A stretch of 64,000 nucleotides of DNA, taken from Psammoneis japonica. Taxonomy: Eukaryota. Positions 49,451-61,893 of the stretch are shown here, piece by piece. Below the pieces are notes generated by a model that was not told the DNA's origin, did not search any database, and saw nothing but the letters and a program-made list of their open reading frames with translations. The stretch lies in the NCBI GenBank assembly GCA_008632985.1, contig QPGO01000208.1, positions 1 to 64,000 on the forward strand. Direction: 5' to 3'. Both the position numbers and the translations under genes were made by a program. The number at the start of each line of letters is the position of its first letter. Position 1 is the first letter of the stretch.

Positions 49451-52400
49451 TTGTAGACTTGCATTCCTTCACACTCCCATTGTTCAGACCGGGACAAATG
49501 GTCCATTCAATCATCATGCAATGACCCTTGATCATGAAAAATGCTGAACGTTTGTAGAGCTGCAAGATGATGCATTGGCGGCCCTCATCATGGCTCATGG
49601 TGGGTGTTTTTTGTGATGTGTGATGTGCCTGCGCAGTGTGCTGTTGCGCAAAACAAGAGGCTTTCAAAAGGTCCTTGACAACAGCAAGACAGAACTTCCC
49701 TGATTGAGATGCAGACAAGACACAGCTCAACAGATTGCCAGCAACAGAAGGCATTTGCTGGCACCACAAATCTGTGATGGTGTCATTTCACTGGTGCAAC
49801 TCTTGCTGCTGGCACCCATCACCCCCGCATCCATCAGCTGGCATGCCTGCAATGTCAACTCTTGGTGTTTGTCTTGTTCCCAGCCCCCCCTGATGCCGGC
49901 AACAACCACGATGATGTCACAAGCAATGTGGTGTCATTTCACCGGACACTCCATTGCTGCTGGTGCACCTGCAATGTCACTGCTGGTGGTCGCCCATAAT
50001 TTGATGTCTGTGACCAACCTCACACAGCCAATCCTGTTCCCGCTGCACCTGTGACAGTGCCTGGCCACACTGCCATCCACTGTCATCCCCCCCCTGCCAG
50101 CAGCAGTGTGAGTGGCAGCACTCAACTGACAAGAACATGACAACAATGCATGCATTGTTCATTTGTCACTGTGTTGCCACACAAATCACCTCACACCATC
50201 ACTGATGTTTTCAATTTAAAGCTGCCAAGTTCTCACCCATTGCCTTGTGTGGTTTTTCTGCCTGCTCTGCTGTGTCCATTCCCATCACTTTTGTTGGCAG
50301 CAACTGCCTCAGTCATCTCAATCACAGCATCACAGTCTCCCAGCTCATTCATGTTGTCCATCTTCTCCACCGTGCTGCTGTTGGTTTGTGATCCTCTTGG
50401 CAACAAAATGCTGCACAAGATCACATGAGAAACATCAGGCACACATGCCACATGCTCCACCAACTGTGCAGATTCTGTGCTCACCTTCTCCTGGAGCATT
50501 GCCCCTCTTAGAATTGCCTGCATTCTGGGGTTTGCTTCCATGATCAGTGCAAACTCCACAGTGTTGTTCTGCACATGGTGCTGTGCAACAACTTGTCATT
50601 CTACATGGAAGATGACAGTGTGGTGCAACATGACAGAATGTGGGTAAACTCCTGTCATTCTTGGGTGGCAACACTGTGCCATCATGTTTGTGACAACACA
50701 CACAATCACATTGCATGTGTCATGCTCACCTGTTGCGCACTGTCTTGCTTTGCATTGCTCATGCTGCTGTCACTGTCTTTGTGTTGTTGTCATTGTCTCA
50801 TTTGCCAGCAATTTGATGGTGTGACTGTGACCATTTTTTTGTGCGATGTTTGCACGCTGTTGCTGTTTCAGTGCTCTGTGCTCACAGTGCAAGTTCTGTG
50901 TAAAATCAACCAAGCACAAATGTTGTGATGTTCAACTCAGCAGTTGTGCATTTGTCATTCAAAGAAATGCAGTTGTTTGTTGACAAAGTTTCTTGGATGT
51001 TTTTCAAACACATGCTTTCTTCATCAGCTGTGTGGCATTTTTGACATTTTCATTGAAATGTCTCTGTGCTCCAAGCCATCATTTTGACCAGCCAGAATGA
51101 CCAAATGAAAATGATGCAGTCCTGTGCTGACCACATTTGGCAACACATGTCATGGCAGTGCACCTCTGTTCCTGTCCATGATGCAGCCACGGGCAGCAGG
51201 GTTCTCTCCATTGCATGCAACCATCATTTGTGATTGTCTGTTTGTGCTGCCCCACGCATCACTGTCATGCCATTGTCTGGGGCAGAAATCCAGCATGAAT
51301 GCAGAGAGAGACAAAAGCACTGGAGTGTTGTTTTGTGTGGTGGAGATGTGCCTTTTTGCCACAGAGCCAAGCCTGTCAATCTCATGAACATTGTCTGCGT
51401 CATTTTGCAAGTGGCAGTTGTGCAAAAACCACTTTGGTTGTGTCCATTTTTGAAGTTTCAAATCATTTGAGCCAACTTGAAAATGAGTCATTTTGTTCAT
51501 CTTCGCTGCCGATGCAGCACTTTGCTTGTGAGCTTGGAAGAGCTGATGACCATTGAGCATTTTTTCAATGTGATGTGGCACACTTGTTTTTGAGGAAGAT
51601 TGGTGTCTCTCAGGTTGATGATCTTGGCCAGCTCTCATCAAGAATGAAATTTTCACATTTGTGTTTGCTTTTTTGTGTTGTCATTTGGGCTGCTGTTGTG
51701 ACAGATCTTTGCAGCTGTTCCACACATGCACAACAAGAACCTTTGTGGCTGTTGCAACAGTCTCATCAGCATGGTTGAAACTTGCAGGCAGTGGTTCAGA
51801 AGAGGTCACGGAGTTTGTTGCACAACCAGGCTGGTGTTGTGCAGCTCTGGTGCCATCTGTCTTGCATCCTCTGCCTCAGCCACAAGCACACTTCAAACTT
51901 CAAACTCTCAACTCCAGAACAAAAAGACCCTTTGATGGCACCAACCAATGCAACAACAGAATGATGAGGGCATTGGCAGCATCATGTTGATCCCAGGTGA
52001 CACAGCAACAACTGTGGCTGAGCAGTGCAAGGTGCCTGTCATGTGGCTGTGGTCCCAGCATGTCACCTTGGCCCAACAGGAGGAAGAGAGCAGGCTGGAC
52101 AAGCATCTCAACTTGACAGTGAAAGGGCAAAATGGCAGTGCCAACCAACTGGTTGCAAGCTGAGGACACTGGTGGCATCTAACAGACATCAGGCAATGTT
52201 TTGAGAGATGTTGTTGGGCATTGCAACATTGACCTGGCGTTGTTGTTCCTGCTTTCTTGTCCCCAGCAGCAGCAGGCTTGATTGATCTGGTGGCACTGCC
52301 ACCTTCTTGTCCCTTCAACAGGAGCAGTGGGCATGACTTTCCCAACTCCAGAGTGCAAAGATCCCCTGTGACAATGCCAGACAACCTGACAACAGCAAGC

Positions 52401-53084
52401 TGAGGGGGCACTGGTTGTCTCTGGTGGGCTCCAGGCAGGAGAGACTTTGAGAACTGTGGTTTGTGAGCAGCACTTCAAGCTTCATTTTGTGGTGTGTTGT
52501 GCACATCACCTTGTCCAGATGGGAGGAGCAGACTTCTCTTGTGGTCCCCAGGCAAGACTTGGAGAGTTGTGTTTGAGCATTGCAAGGTTGATCTTGTGAT
52601 GTTGTGGCCCCATTGTACATTGTTTCCAACCATGGCAGGTCAGCAGCAGACACCACCCTGCATGATTTTCCAGGTGCAAGAGTGAACAAAAGTTTGATTG
52701 CAACAGAATGGCAGTGTGTGACTGAAACTTCAAAACACAGTGTGCTGGGAACACTGGCAACATGAAACTTGCATTGCTGTTGTTGAGGCTGTCTGCAACT
52801 TTTTTTTTGCTCTTGACAAGAAGAATTCATTGCAAAGCTTCCACAAGTTGTGCGACAACAATTGCGCAAATGTTGACTTTGGTTTTTGTTGTCAAAATCA
52901 AGCTCCAAACAACAACAACAACTTGACTCTCTCCTTGTCACACGTCCAGCATGTCAATTGTCATCTTTTGTTTTCAAAGACAGCTGCACACCAGATGGTG
53001 GCACACTCATGACAGTTTCCATGTTTTGTTGTCAAGATCTTGTTCACAATTGACACACTTGTTTCAAAGCCAGCTCATTCCATG

Positions 53085-54720
53085 GCTCTCTCAACCATGG
53101 CAGCCTTGCACCTCTTGACCATGTCTCTCAAGATGTCACCTGGTGTCAACAAAAGACTGTGTTGGCACCTTTGGACTGCAGTTGTTGGATTGGTTGCTGG
53201 ATGCATGCTGTCCTTCCACTGCAGAGCTGGGATTTTCAGTCTCACCCTTGGCTTTGTGTGAAGTGACATGAGACCAGAGCTGAGCCAGGGTGGCCTTTCA
53301 ACTCTCAGCCATGGCCCTCAAATGCCAAATGGTGTCTGCCAAAGACACTTGATGCCTTGTGGCTGCAGTTGTTGGGTTGGCAGGTGTGCTCACAGTGTCC
53401 CTTCACTGCAGAGTTGAGGCTTCAAGTCTTGCCTTTGGCAAGGTGTGAAGCAGCAACAGGGGCAACAACTGATCCAGGGTTGCCTTGCAACTCTCAACCA
53501 CAGCTCTTAAAGTGTTGCCTGAGGTCCACCAAAGACCCTCAATGCCTTGTGACTGCAGTTGTTGGGTTGGCAGGTGGCCCACCAAAGACCCTCAACACCT
53601 TGTGACTGCAGTTGTTGGGTTGTCAGGTGCACTCATGGTGTCCCTCTTCACTGCAGAGTTGGGATTTCAAGTCTCACTCTTGGTTTTGTGTGAAGTGACA
53701 TGAGGCCACTGCCTGGCCAGGGTGGCCTTGAAACTCTTGACCATGGCTTTGAGTGTTGCCAGGGGTCTGCTGAAGGCCTTCAGCACCTTTGGATGGCAGT
53801 TGTTGGGTTCTCAGGTGCACTCGTGGTGTCCCTTCACTCTGCTGAGTTGGGGCTTCAAGTCTCACCCTTGGTTTTGTGTGAAGTGACATGGGGGACAGCT
53901 GAGCCATGTTGGCCTTGCAGCTCTTGACCGCAGCTCTAAAAGTGTCACCAGGAGTCTGCTGAAGACCCTCAATGCCTTTGGATTGCAAAAGTTGGGCTGT
54001 CAGGTCCACTCATGGTGTCCCCACACTGCAGAGTTGGGATTTCAAGTCTCACCCCTGGCAAGGTGTGAAGTGACATGGGGTGACAACCCACCCAGGGTGG
54101 CCTTGCAACTCTCAACCACAGTCCTTAAAGTGTTGCCTGGGGTTGACCAAAGACCCTCAATGCCTTGTGACTGCAGTTGTTGGGCGGTCAAGGTGTCCCT
54201 TCACTGTGGACTTGGGACTTCAAGTCTCATCTCTTGTGGATTTTTGTGAGGTGACATGAGGCCAGAGTCAAGCCAGGGCAGCCTTTCAAAACTCTCAACC
54301 ATGGCTCTCAAAGTGTTGCCTGGGATCCACCAAAAACCCTTGATGCCTTTGGACTGCAGTTGTTGGGTTGTCAGGGGCATTCATGGTGTCCCTTTGCTGC
54401 AGAACTGGGGCTTCAAGTCTCACCTTTGGCTTTGTGTGAAGTTGCACAAGGCCACAGCTGAGCCAGGGTGGCCTTGAAACTCTTGACCACAGCTCTCAAA
54501 GTGTTGCCAGGGGACTGCAAAAGACCCTCAATGCCTTTGGACTGCAGTTGTTGGGTTGATTCATGGATCCATGGCACCCTTCCACTGCAGAATTGGGTTT
54601 TTAAGTCTCAACTTTGGCTTTGTGCAAAGTGACACGATGCCACAGCTCAGCTGGGGTGGCCTTGCAACTCTTGACCACAGCTCTGAAAAAGTGTCACCTG
54701 GGGTCCACTGCAGAGCTGAC
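53085..54720. repeat. Tandem array, ~188-bp unit, ~8.5 diverged copies
   Basis: GACTGCAGTTGTTGG-like anchor at 53174, 53361, 53551, (53604, a 53-bp internal duplication), 53792, 53981, 54169, 54352 and 54540. Confidence 0.95.
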
Positions 54721-57039
54721 AAGTCTGTTCTCATCATTGCAGCAATGACTTCTGGCACTTTCTTGCAGTTTGGTCTTGATCTTAGAGCCCTGGTTGCTTG
54801 AAAACGTCTCTTTCTAAGGAGACGTGAACAATTGAAGCTGTGCTCTGAATTGATCTGTTGCAGCTGGCAGAGACAACTCCCAGCTGCAACCAGCCATCAA
54901 AAGCACTGGCACACACTGGTTTGTGATGTTGCTCTCATTCAACAAAGCCATTCTCACCATTGCAGTGAGAGCTGCTGGTGCTTTGAGCCTGCAGAGAGAA
55001 CTGCCTGCATGCACACCAAGCTCTGGATCAAACCCACTTTCATGGTTAAATGGCGCCAACTGTGCTTGTTGACTCTCGCTGTTGCTTGCATTCAACATCC
55101 TTCCACACAATGGTCACTTCCTGGACTGTTGCAAGGCATTCAATCTGCACCATTGACAAACTGTGCATCATTTCATGAGTGCCAAATGACAAAAATGGGT
55201 GTCTGACAGAAGGGCTTCATCTCCAGCTGTCATCATTTGCCTGTTGCTGGCAGCATTTCTTTCTGCAGCTTGGCTTCAATCTCAGAGGCAATGGCTGCTT
55301 GAAAATGCCTCTTTCCAGACAATGTGAACAACCCAAGTTGCACTCTGAATCATTTGGCTGGAGCTGTCACATTCACAGGATTTGCAGCCCACCTGCGCTT
55401 GCAGAATTTTTTTGATGCTTGACAGCCACCCAGGATTGTCCCATTCATTCACAGAGGGTGGCATTTGAGCCATTGATTGAAACTTTTGGATGGTTCAACA
55501 CAGACATTGAGTTGACTGACAGTCGCAAACAATCTTGACAAGCAAGGATTGCTGTGCTTGCTTTTGCTTTTGACATGAAGAGCACAGCCAAAGAAAGACC
55601 TCATGCCTTTCTGTGTCATCTTCATTGAGTCCATCATCCAAGTCATGGGTGCCTGCATCATGCGCTCAACATTTGACCTTCAAAACATTTGCTGTCATGT
55701 TGGATGCAGAACAAACAAACAAAAAAATTGAGTGGAAAGTTCAGATGACAATTGAAGGCATTGAATGAAGATGCCATGCCTTGCTTGAGTGCCCACACCT
55801 CATGACATTGAGATTTTAACAAACTCTCCAGGTTTTTCTCACATTTGGAGTCAAACATTGCTGCCGCTGCACCCAATCCCATGGTCAACTTGAGCTGTGT
55901 CCGCGTCTGCATTTTGGAATGACACAGAAGAAAAATTGATTTTGTGGGTCACACGAGAGCACTTTGGTCAAAAGGCCCAAAAGTGTCATGAGTGGGTGTC
56001 ACAGGCAAGGGGAGGGGGTGAGAAAGAAGGTCACAAACTCACAAAAGGTTGGGGGGGGGGGGGGCAACAGGAAGGCTGTGATTCAGATGAGCAGTGCGTT
56101 GCTGGCAGAGGGGAACTGGAGAAAGTTGTTGCTGGCAAGTGGGGTTGAATTTGCCAGCAGTGCACATTGCAGGCAAAATGCCAAAAACAGACAGCACTGT
56201 CCACTGGTCTTTGCTGTCACACACCAGAAACAACTTGTGTTGCTCAACATTTGAAGGCAGTGGCCAGTTGCAAGACAAGAAAAAGGAGCTTCTTCATGTT
56301 GAAGGCAATTGTGGCAGCAACAGGCATCACTCAGGCATTGTCTGGATTGGCTGCAGAAAAGTCCATGGTGGTTGAGAAAGCAAACAATGCAAACCACAGC
56401 CTTCATTCTCACCCCCAAAACAACCCTGACAATCCTGTGTTTTAATGAATTGTGATCATGGTGAGTGATGTTCCGATCAGCCATCATGCTTGGCAACCAC
56501 ACTCAGCAATCATGCTCAGCAACACACCAGGATGTGCAGAATCCACACAAATTCCAAAACAAGGCCCAATTTGATGATTGTTGGGACCAGGTCTTGCAAG
56601 TGCCATGAAAGTGTTGACTCGAGTGACTGAGTTTTCAAACAGCCACATTTTTCAGCCATCCTCAACAACCACCAACCATCCCCTTTGGTTTCTCAATGTT
56701 GCTTTTGCATGTTGAGGGAAGTTTTGTAAGATGAGTTTTTGCATGCGGTCTTTGTGGTGTGTGTTTGAAACCTTCATCATGAACTTGTGATGCACTGGCT
56801 GTGATCTCACAACACAACCATGATGCAGAGCAGACAGCAACACATTTCTCCAGCTCTTGCAGCCTCTGTGGCTGATCAGCTGTGATGCCATCTAAATGGC
56901 ATTGCCATGCCATCCTCCAAGTTGGGTCATGTCAAAGTGCACATTCGCAGAGAGTGAAACAAGGAAAGACAAAAAAAACAGAAAAAGAAAAAATGACAAA
57001 TCTGCTGTGCAAGTCATTCATGATGATGGGTGCAGTGGC

Positions 57040-57990
57040 AAGATCCCTCCCACACAACAAGACCATGATGGCATGGAAGAAGAGCTGGTTGTTGTTGTGG
57101 TCTCAGAGGAAATGCCAAAGAAGAAACAGGAATGGGAGGCAGTGGACAGCTGCAATTCTTGCCTGACATGATTCTGATGATGACAATGACAGCAGCAGAG
57201 GAGATTTGCCACCAAGACAATGAAAGCATTGCAACTCACTGAGTGCATCACCTCCTTGCAGAAAAAGCCATCAGACAGTGACAGCAGTCACAGGCTTGTG
57301 TGCGACATCAGATGGTGAGCATTCTCTTGCAAGAAGATGCTGGAGGCATGATTCAGGTGACAGCTCTCCTCCTCCCAGAAGAAGGCACAGGCATGGTTCT
57401 GACCATGCACAACAATCAGCAGGGATCACATTCAGTGCTTTGTCCTTCCATTGATGTGGAGTCACTTTGTCAACTGCACAGCACAGCAACAAATCGGGCC
57501 AACTTGATTTGCAGTCTTCAAGAGCTCTTTCACAGCCACTTGGCTGGGACCCTGATGATGAGCTTCCTCCCACACAAGAATGTCACAATTTAGAAGAAAA
57601 GCTGGTTGTTGTTGTTGTTGTGGATGCAGAAGACAGAAGAAATGGGAGGCTGTGGACAGCTGTGATTCTCACCCGACACAATGACAGCACAGCAGAGATG
57701 ATTTGCCACCAAGACAAAGAAAGCATCACAACGTGCCAAGTGCATTGCCTTCTCACAGAAAAAGTCATGACTCAGACAGTGGAAGCAGCGTGCAGGCTCA
57801 CAAGTGACACAGACATGACTCAGATGAGAGCAAGGATTCTCCTCCAAGGAGATGCCAGAGATGTGATTCAGATGACAGCTCTTCTCCCTGTGGAAGAAGG
57901 CACAGACATGATTTGGACAATTGAAGTCCATCTCCTCCAAGATGCCACAGACATGACTCTTCTGACAACAGTGGCAGCAGCAATGGTGGA
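57040..57990 (+). repeat. ~520-bp diverged tandem duplication
   Basis: CCTCCCACACAA…GAAGAA.AGCTGGTTGTTGTTGT…AATGGGAGGC.GTGGACAGCTG…GATTTGCCACCAAGACAA at ~57046 and ~57566. Confidence 0.85.
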
Positions 57991-60497
57991 GAGACAATGA
58001 GTTTGGGTCACACACGGCATGTTTTGTGGAATTGAGCAAAATGCAAACAGAGTCCTTTGCACAGAGGGCTGATCATGAGGGCTCAGAAGACATGAGAAAG
58101 AATGAGATTTATGCAGAAGAAACCATGGCTGCACATTCAATGGTGTGAACAGACTGCTGGTGGGGAAAGGTGGACAGCTGGCCATGTGGATTTGGTTTTT
58201 GGATCCAATTCTAAGCTTTGAGAAATTGCTGAGTGCTGTGCCTGTGGCAATTTGCAAAGCGTGTTTGCAAGCAATTTTGCCAAGGCATGGACAAAAATTG
58301 TGAATCTTGATCATTTTGACCAGGCTGTGAATGGCACTTCTGCACCCAAGTTGAAGTCATGCTTCTGGAGCTTGAAAAGCTGTGGCAGGGAGGCAAGACA
58401 TGATCACATGAGTGCTTCATGACAAGCGTCAATTGTGCCCACAAAATTTTCATCCCTGTGTCTCATTGCACTCGCAGCATGGTCATTCACAACAACAATT
58501 GAGACAAGACAAAGAAGCAACACCCTTTCTTGCTGTGATGGCAACAACATCTCTGGTCTTCAAGCAACCATTGGGGTGGACTTTTTGCCTGTGCAGTTTT
58601 GTCAGCAGGGCTGTGCTTGTTGCTTGCGTCACTGAGGTTTGTGCCTTTGCCAGGGGTGTTTTGCACACTGCTTGCATTGCATGGGTTTGCACGTGAGCTG
58701 GGATGCATTGTTGTGGTGAAACCCACCCTCTGCAGTTTGAAGATGCCACATCAATGATCCTTCATTGAGTGCAGAATCTCCAAGTGTGAGTGTGCAAGAA
58801 AGTTGAAGAATCAAAAAGGCAGCAGTGCACAACAAGGCAGACCAAGTTCAACCATGATGTGTGCAAATGGAAGAAACAACAAAGACAGCAGGCCAAGAGA
58901 TGTAAAAGAAGACAAGATGCTGCCAAAACCCTTGAAAAAAAAACTGCCCAGGAAACACTCATGCACTGATTTGAGCTCCAGTGCAAAGAGCAATTCTCTT
59001 GTCAATGGACTGTCAAGAGTGTCTTCATCATGATCAGAGCAGCGTGCACCATGACAAGCCCAGCAGGAGCCGCGATGAATGCATTTTCACAGTCATTTTC
59101 AAAATGACACATTGAGATGCTGACGCCGCACTTGGGGATCCACAAATTGTCAAAGTGACACATTTTGATGCTGACCCCACAATGCTTGGGAATCCCTGTG
59201 CAAGCAAGGGCCAGCCCAGCCCCAAAAGGCACGCCAACTGGTCCAATCCTGAATTGCTTGAGTTTGTCTTTGCTCAACCAACCTGCTGTGGATGACATGT
59301 GTGCAAGGGCAAGGGAAAGACTCAAAAAAGGTGCAACAATGCCACACTGGATGAGAAGAGTGCTTGAGCGGCACAGGCTGCATTGTCTCCTTTGGTGCTG
59401 CATCCCCCCAAGTCCTCTGTTGATGATGTGACATCTGTGCAACTCATGGATGGGAGCATGCCATGCTGAGCAGTGCTCTTCTTTCTTCAAACCATGTCAT
59501 GTGTCATGAAAGATGATCCCAATTGCATTCAATGCAAATGACTCAGCAGCTTTGAGACAACTGCACATGACGCCTTTTGTCCTTGGCAACAAAATGAACT
59601 TGCAGCAGAACAGACAAGATGGCTGAGATTCTCAGCATCCATGCCAAGATCCTCTGGCATCTCAGCAACTCATCACCTTCTCATCCACACAAATGACCTG
59701 CACTGTCCTGGTTGAAGGTGATGAAAAAAGTCGCCGGGCATGCAAGGGGGTGTTGCCCAACAAGGAAAGAATTTGTTCTGGATGCACAGTGCTCCATTTC
59801 CTGGCCTTGCAATGGTTGCAACTGACAGTCCTGACTTTGCAGCCACATGAAGGACCCGCAGCACCGAAGTGGCCTCAAAGAACTTTTTGAGGCACACGGC
59901 GCTGAGAAAGAATGCACGTCAAACATGCCTCAAACAACTCACAATTCGGCGCCACTCCATCAAACTCATGGATCTCACAAGTGTCATCAAATGCATGGGC
60001 TTTCAACAAGACTGATGTAAATGCAGGACTGCATCCTCCCTGAAGCCACCGCCAGCACAGTTTGGTCTAAAGAGGCACAAGCTGAGCGGGCCCCAGCCAA
60101 CTTTTCTTGGCCTCTGTCAGTGAGAATGGATCAGCTCTTGCTTGCAAAACCACAGAAAACCTCTTCACTCCTTCTCCAAATGCTGCTTTGTAAGTCAGGA
60201 GAGGAAAGTGGTGAGCAGAGTCAAACCTCTCAGAGACAGCCTGGCACTCTAGAATTAACATAATGTGCTGGCTGCATGGAATAGCACGATCATCTAAGCT
60301 CGATAGGATCACCAACTGCGCCAAAATAACCATCGCGAAACTTTCTTCGAACTTTAATGCAACGGAGAAACGGCCCACGCCACGTAGATTTCTACGTGTC
60401 TTGTACCACGGACCACGGCGCCTCCATTGCAGACAGAATCTCTTCTCGTTCGAGTGCTCTCACAATTTCTGAATTGCTCGTCAGTTCACAGTCCATC

Positions 60498-61577
60498 ATG
60501 AAAATCATGAACTTTGTCCTTGCCATCATTGCCACCATGAGTGCTGGTGCCATCATTAGCCCTCTCTCTGTCTCGTTTGTTGATACGGCAAAGCGCTGCG
60601 TTAGCGCCTTGTCGATCAAGGCAACCACGGCGACCGATACTATCGCCACGATCAACCAAGAGCTCCTACGCAAGTTTTTGGACAACACCAGATACTCGGA
60701 TATCGATACTTCCTCCAGCTACTACCATAACATCATCTCCAACGCCGCTCCCAGCACTGTTCCCTTCGACAACGCCATCATCATTTCCAGCTTTTGCGTT
60801 TATTTTGACGCCGGCGACAAGTCTCCGAGTCGCGTCCAAGACCTCCTACGCAATACCACGCCAACGATTGTACCAGCAGAAGACGCCAACGAGTATTGTG
60901 TCTATGAATATTTTGTTCAGGACAACAATGGTAACTCCAACGGCAGCCTCCAGCAACTCTTTCACAACACTACTCCCGACAGCACGGTTGAGACCAAGTC
61001 AGTCCCGTTCCAAGATACGTTCACGATATTTTTGGAGATCCAGTCGGCCTTCTTGTCGGACACGTACATCATCTTTTCGGATATCAAGTCGGAAGCGTTT
61101 CAGCTTTGGTGGAAACTTGTAGACGTACTTTCGAACGACGTCATCGCACAAATCCAAACTCAGGCACTCGTTCTTCAGGAACGCGATAATTTTTTGCCGT
61201 TTTTTCGGAACCCAATCTTGTCTGACCATCTCTCTGAGATCAAATCGAGTGTCGGACATTGGGGGAAGAGAGTTTTGGAGTTGTCGACACGCTTGACTAC
61301 GCTAGCAAAGACTCAGACGAACCTTCTTTTCGAAAAGGTCTCGTTTCTGGACCCAATTCTGTCTGACTGTCGCTCTACGATTGAGTGGAAGGCTAAATAT
61401 TGGGAAAAGAAAGTGTTTGATACGTCAATGCATTTGATGAACATTCTTCAAGATTCTCTACCATTTTTGAAACCATGGAAAGAACCCGAGAACGCTGCTG
61501 AGGTGCCCGACCCTGCCATTGGAAGTTGGGTCACGATTTTGAAACAAATCAGGCTCGCCTTTCGAATCATTGTTTAA
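60498..61577 (+). CDS. Hypothetical protein with N-terminal signal peptide (~359 aa)
   Basis: Long ORF with normal dinucleotide content; MKIMNFVLAIIATMSAGA start; no recognised domain. Confidence 0.65.
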   Translation: MKIMNFVLAIIATMSAGAIISPLSVSFVDTAKRCVSALSIKATTATDTIATINQELLRKFLDNTRYSDIDTSSSYYHNIISNAAPSTVPFDNAIIISSFCVYFDAGDKSPSRVQDLLRNTTPTIVPAEDANEYCVYEYFVQDNNGNSNGSLQQLFHNTTPDSTVETKSVPFQDTFTIFLEIQSAFLSDTYIIFSDIKSEAFQLWWKLVDVLSNDVIAQIQTQALVLQERDNFLPFFRNPILSDHLSEIKSSVGHWGKRVLELSTRLTTLAKTQTNLLFEKVSFLDPILSDCRSTIEWKAKYWEKKVFDTSMHLMNILQDSLPFLKPWKEPENAAEVPDPAIGSWVTILKQIRLAFRIIV

Positions 61578-61893
61578 ATACCTGGAAGCATTAGATATCA
61601 GGTGTGAGAGAATGCAATCGAGACGTTAGTGAGTCTTGAATAGCATCGAGGGGATATATGTTATTCGTTAGCTTCGAGCGGAAAGTATAGTACAATATAT
61701 TAATCATGATCGTTCGCTGTCCTAAAGCTCTCTATGTAGTTATGGTTACAGCCCTACTAGAGGGCTGCACTCTATAGTCGTACTGTAGCTATCACAAGAG
61801 TATGGTAGAGCGAACACAGGGACCAGCGTCAAACACGTATCCTAATATAGTTTGAGGAAAGCAACTGAATCGAGCGCGGGAACGAGAGGAGCG

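Larger units (their letters stand above)
43395..60250. other. Hypermutated block 3 (~17 kb)
   Basis: By-eye count of only ~25-30 TA dinucleotides in 47.4-60.2 kb; CG also rare there. CG is partly retained at 43.4-43.6 and 45.4-47.4 kb. Confidence 0.9.

Noticed and set aside
53085..54720. CRISPR array
   Set aside because: Whole ~188-bp units are homologous with no unique spacers, there are no cas genes, and the context is eukaryotic.
10500..60200. Hundreds of short Cys/His-rich ORFs in the TA-free blocks as real genes or metal-binding peptides
   Set aside because: Explained by loss of TAA/TAG/TAY codons; they overlap in all six frames and are frameshifted TE or gene relics.
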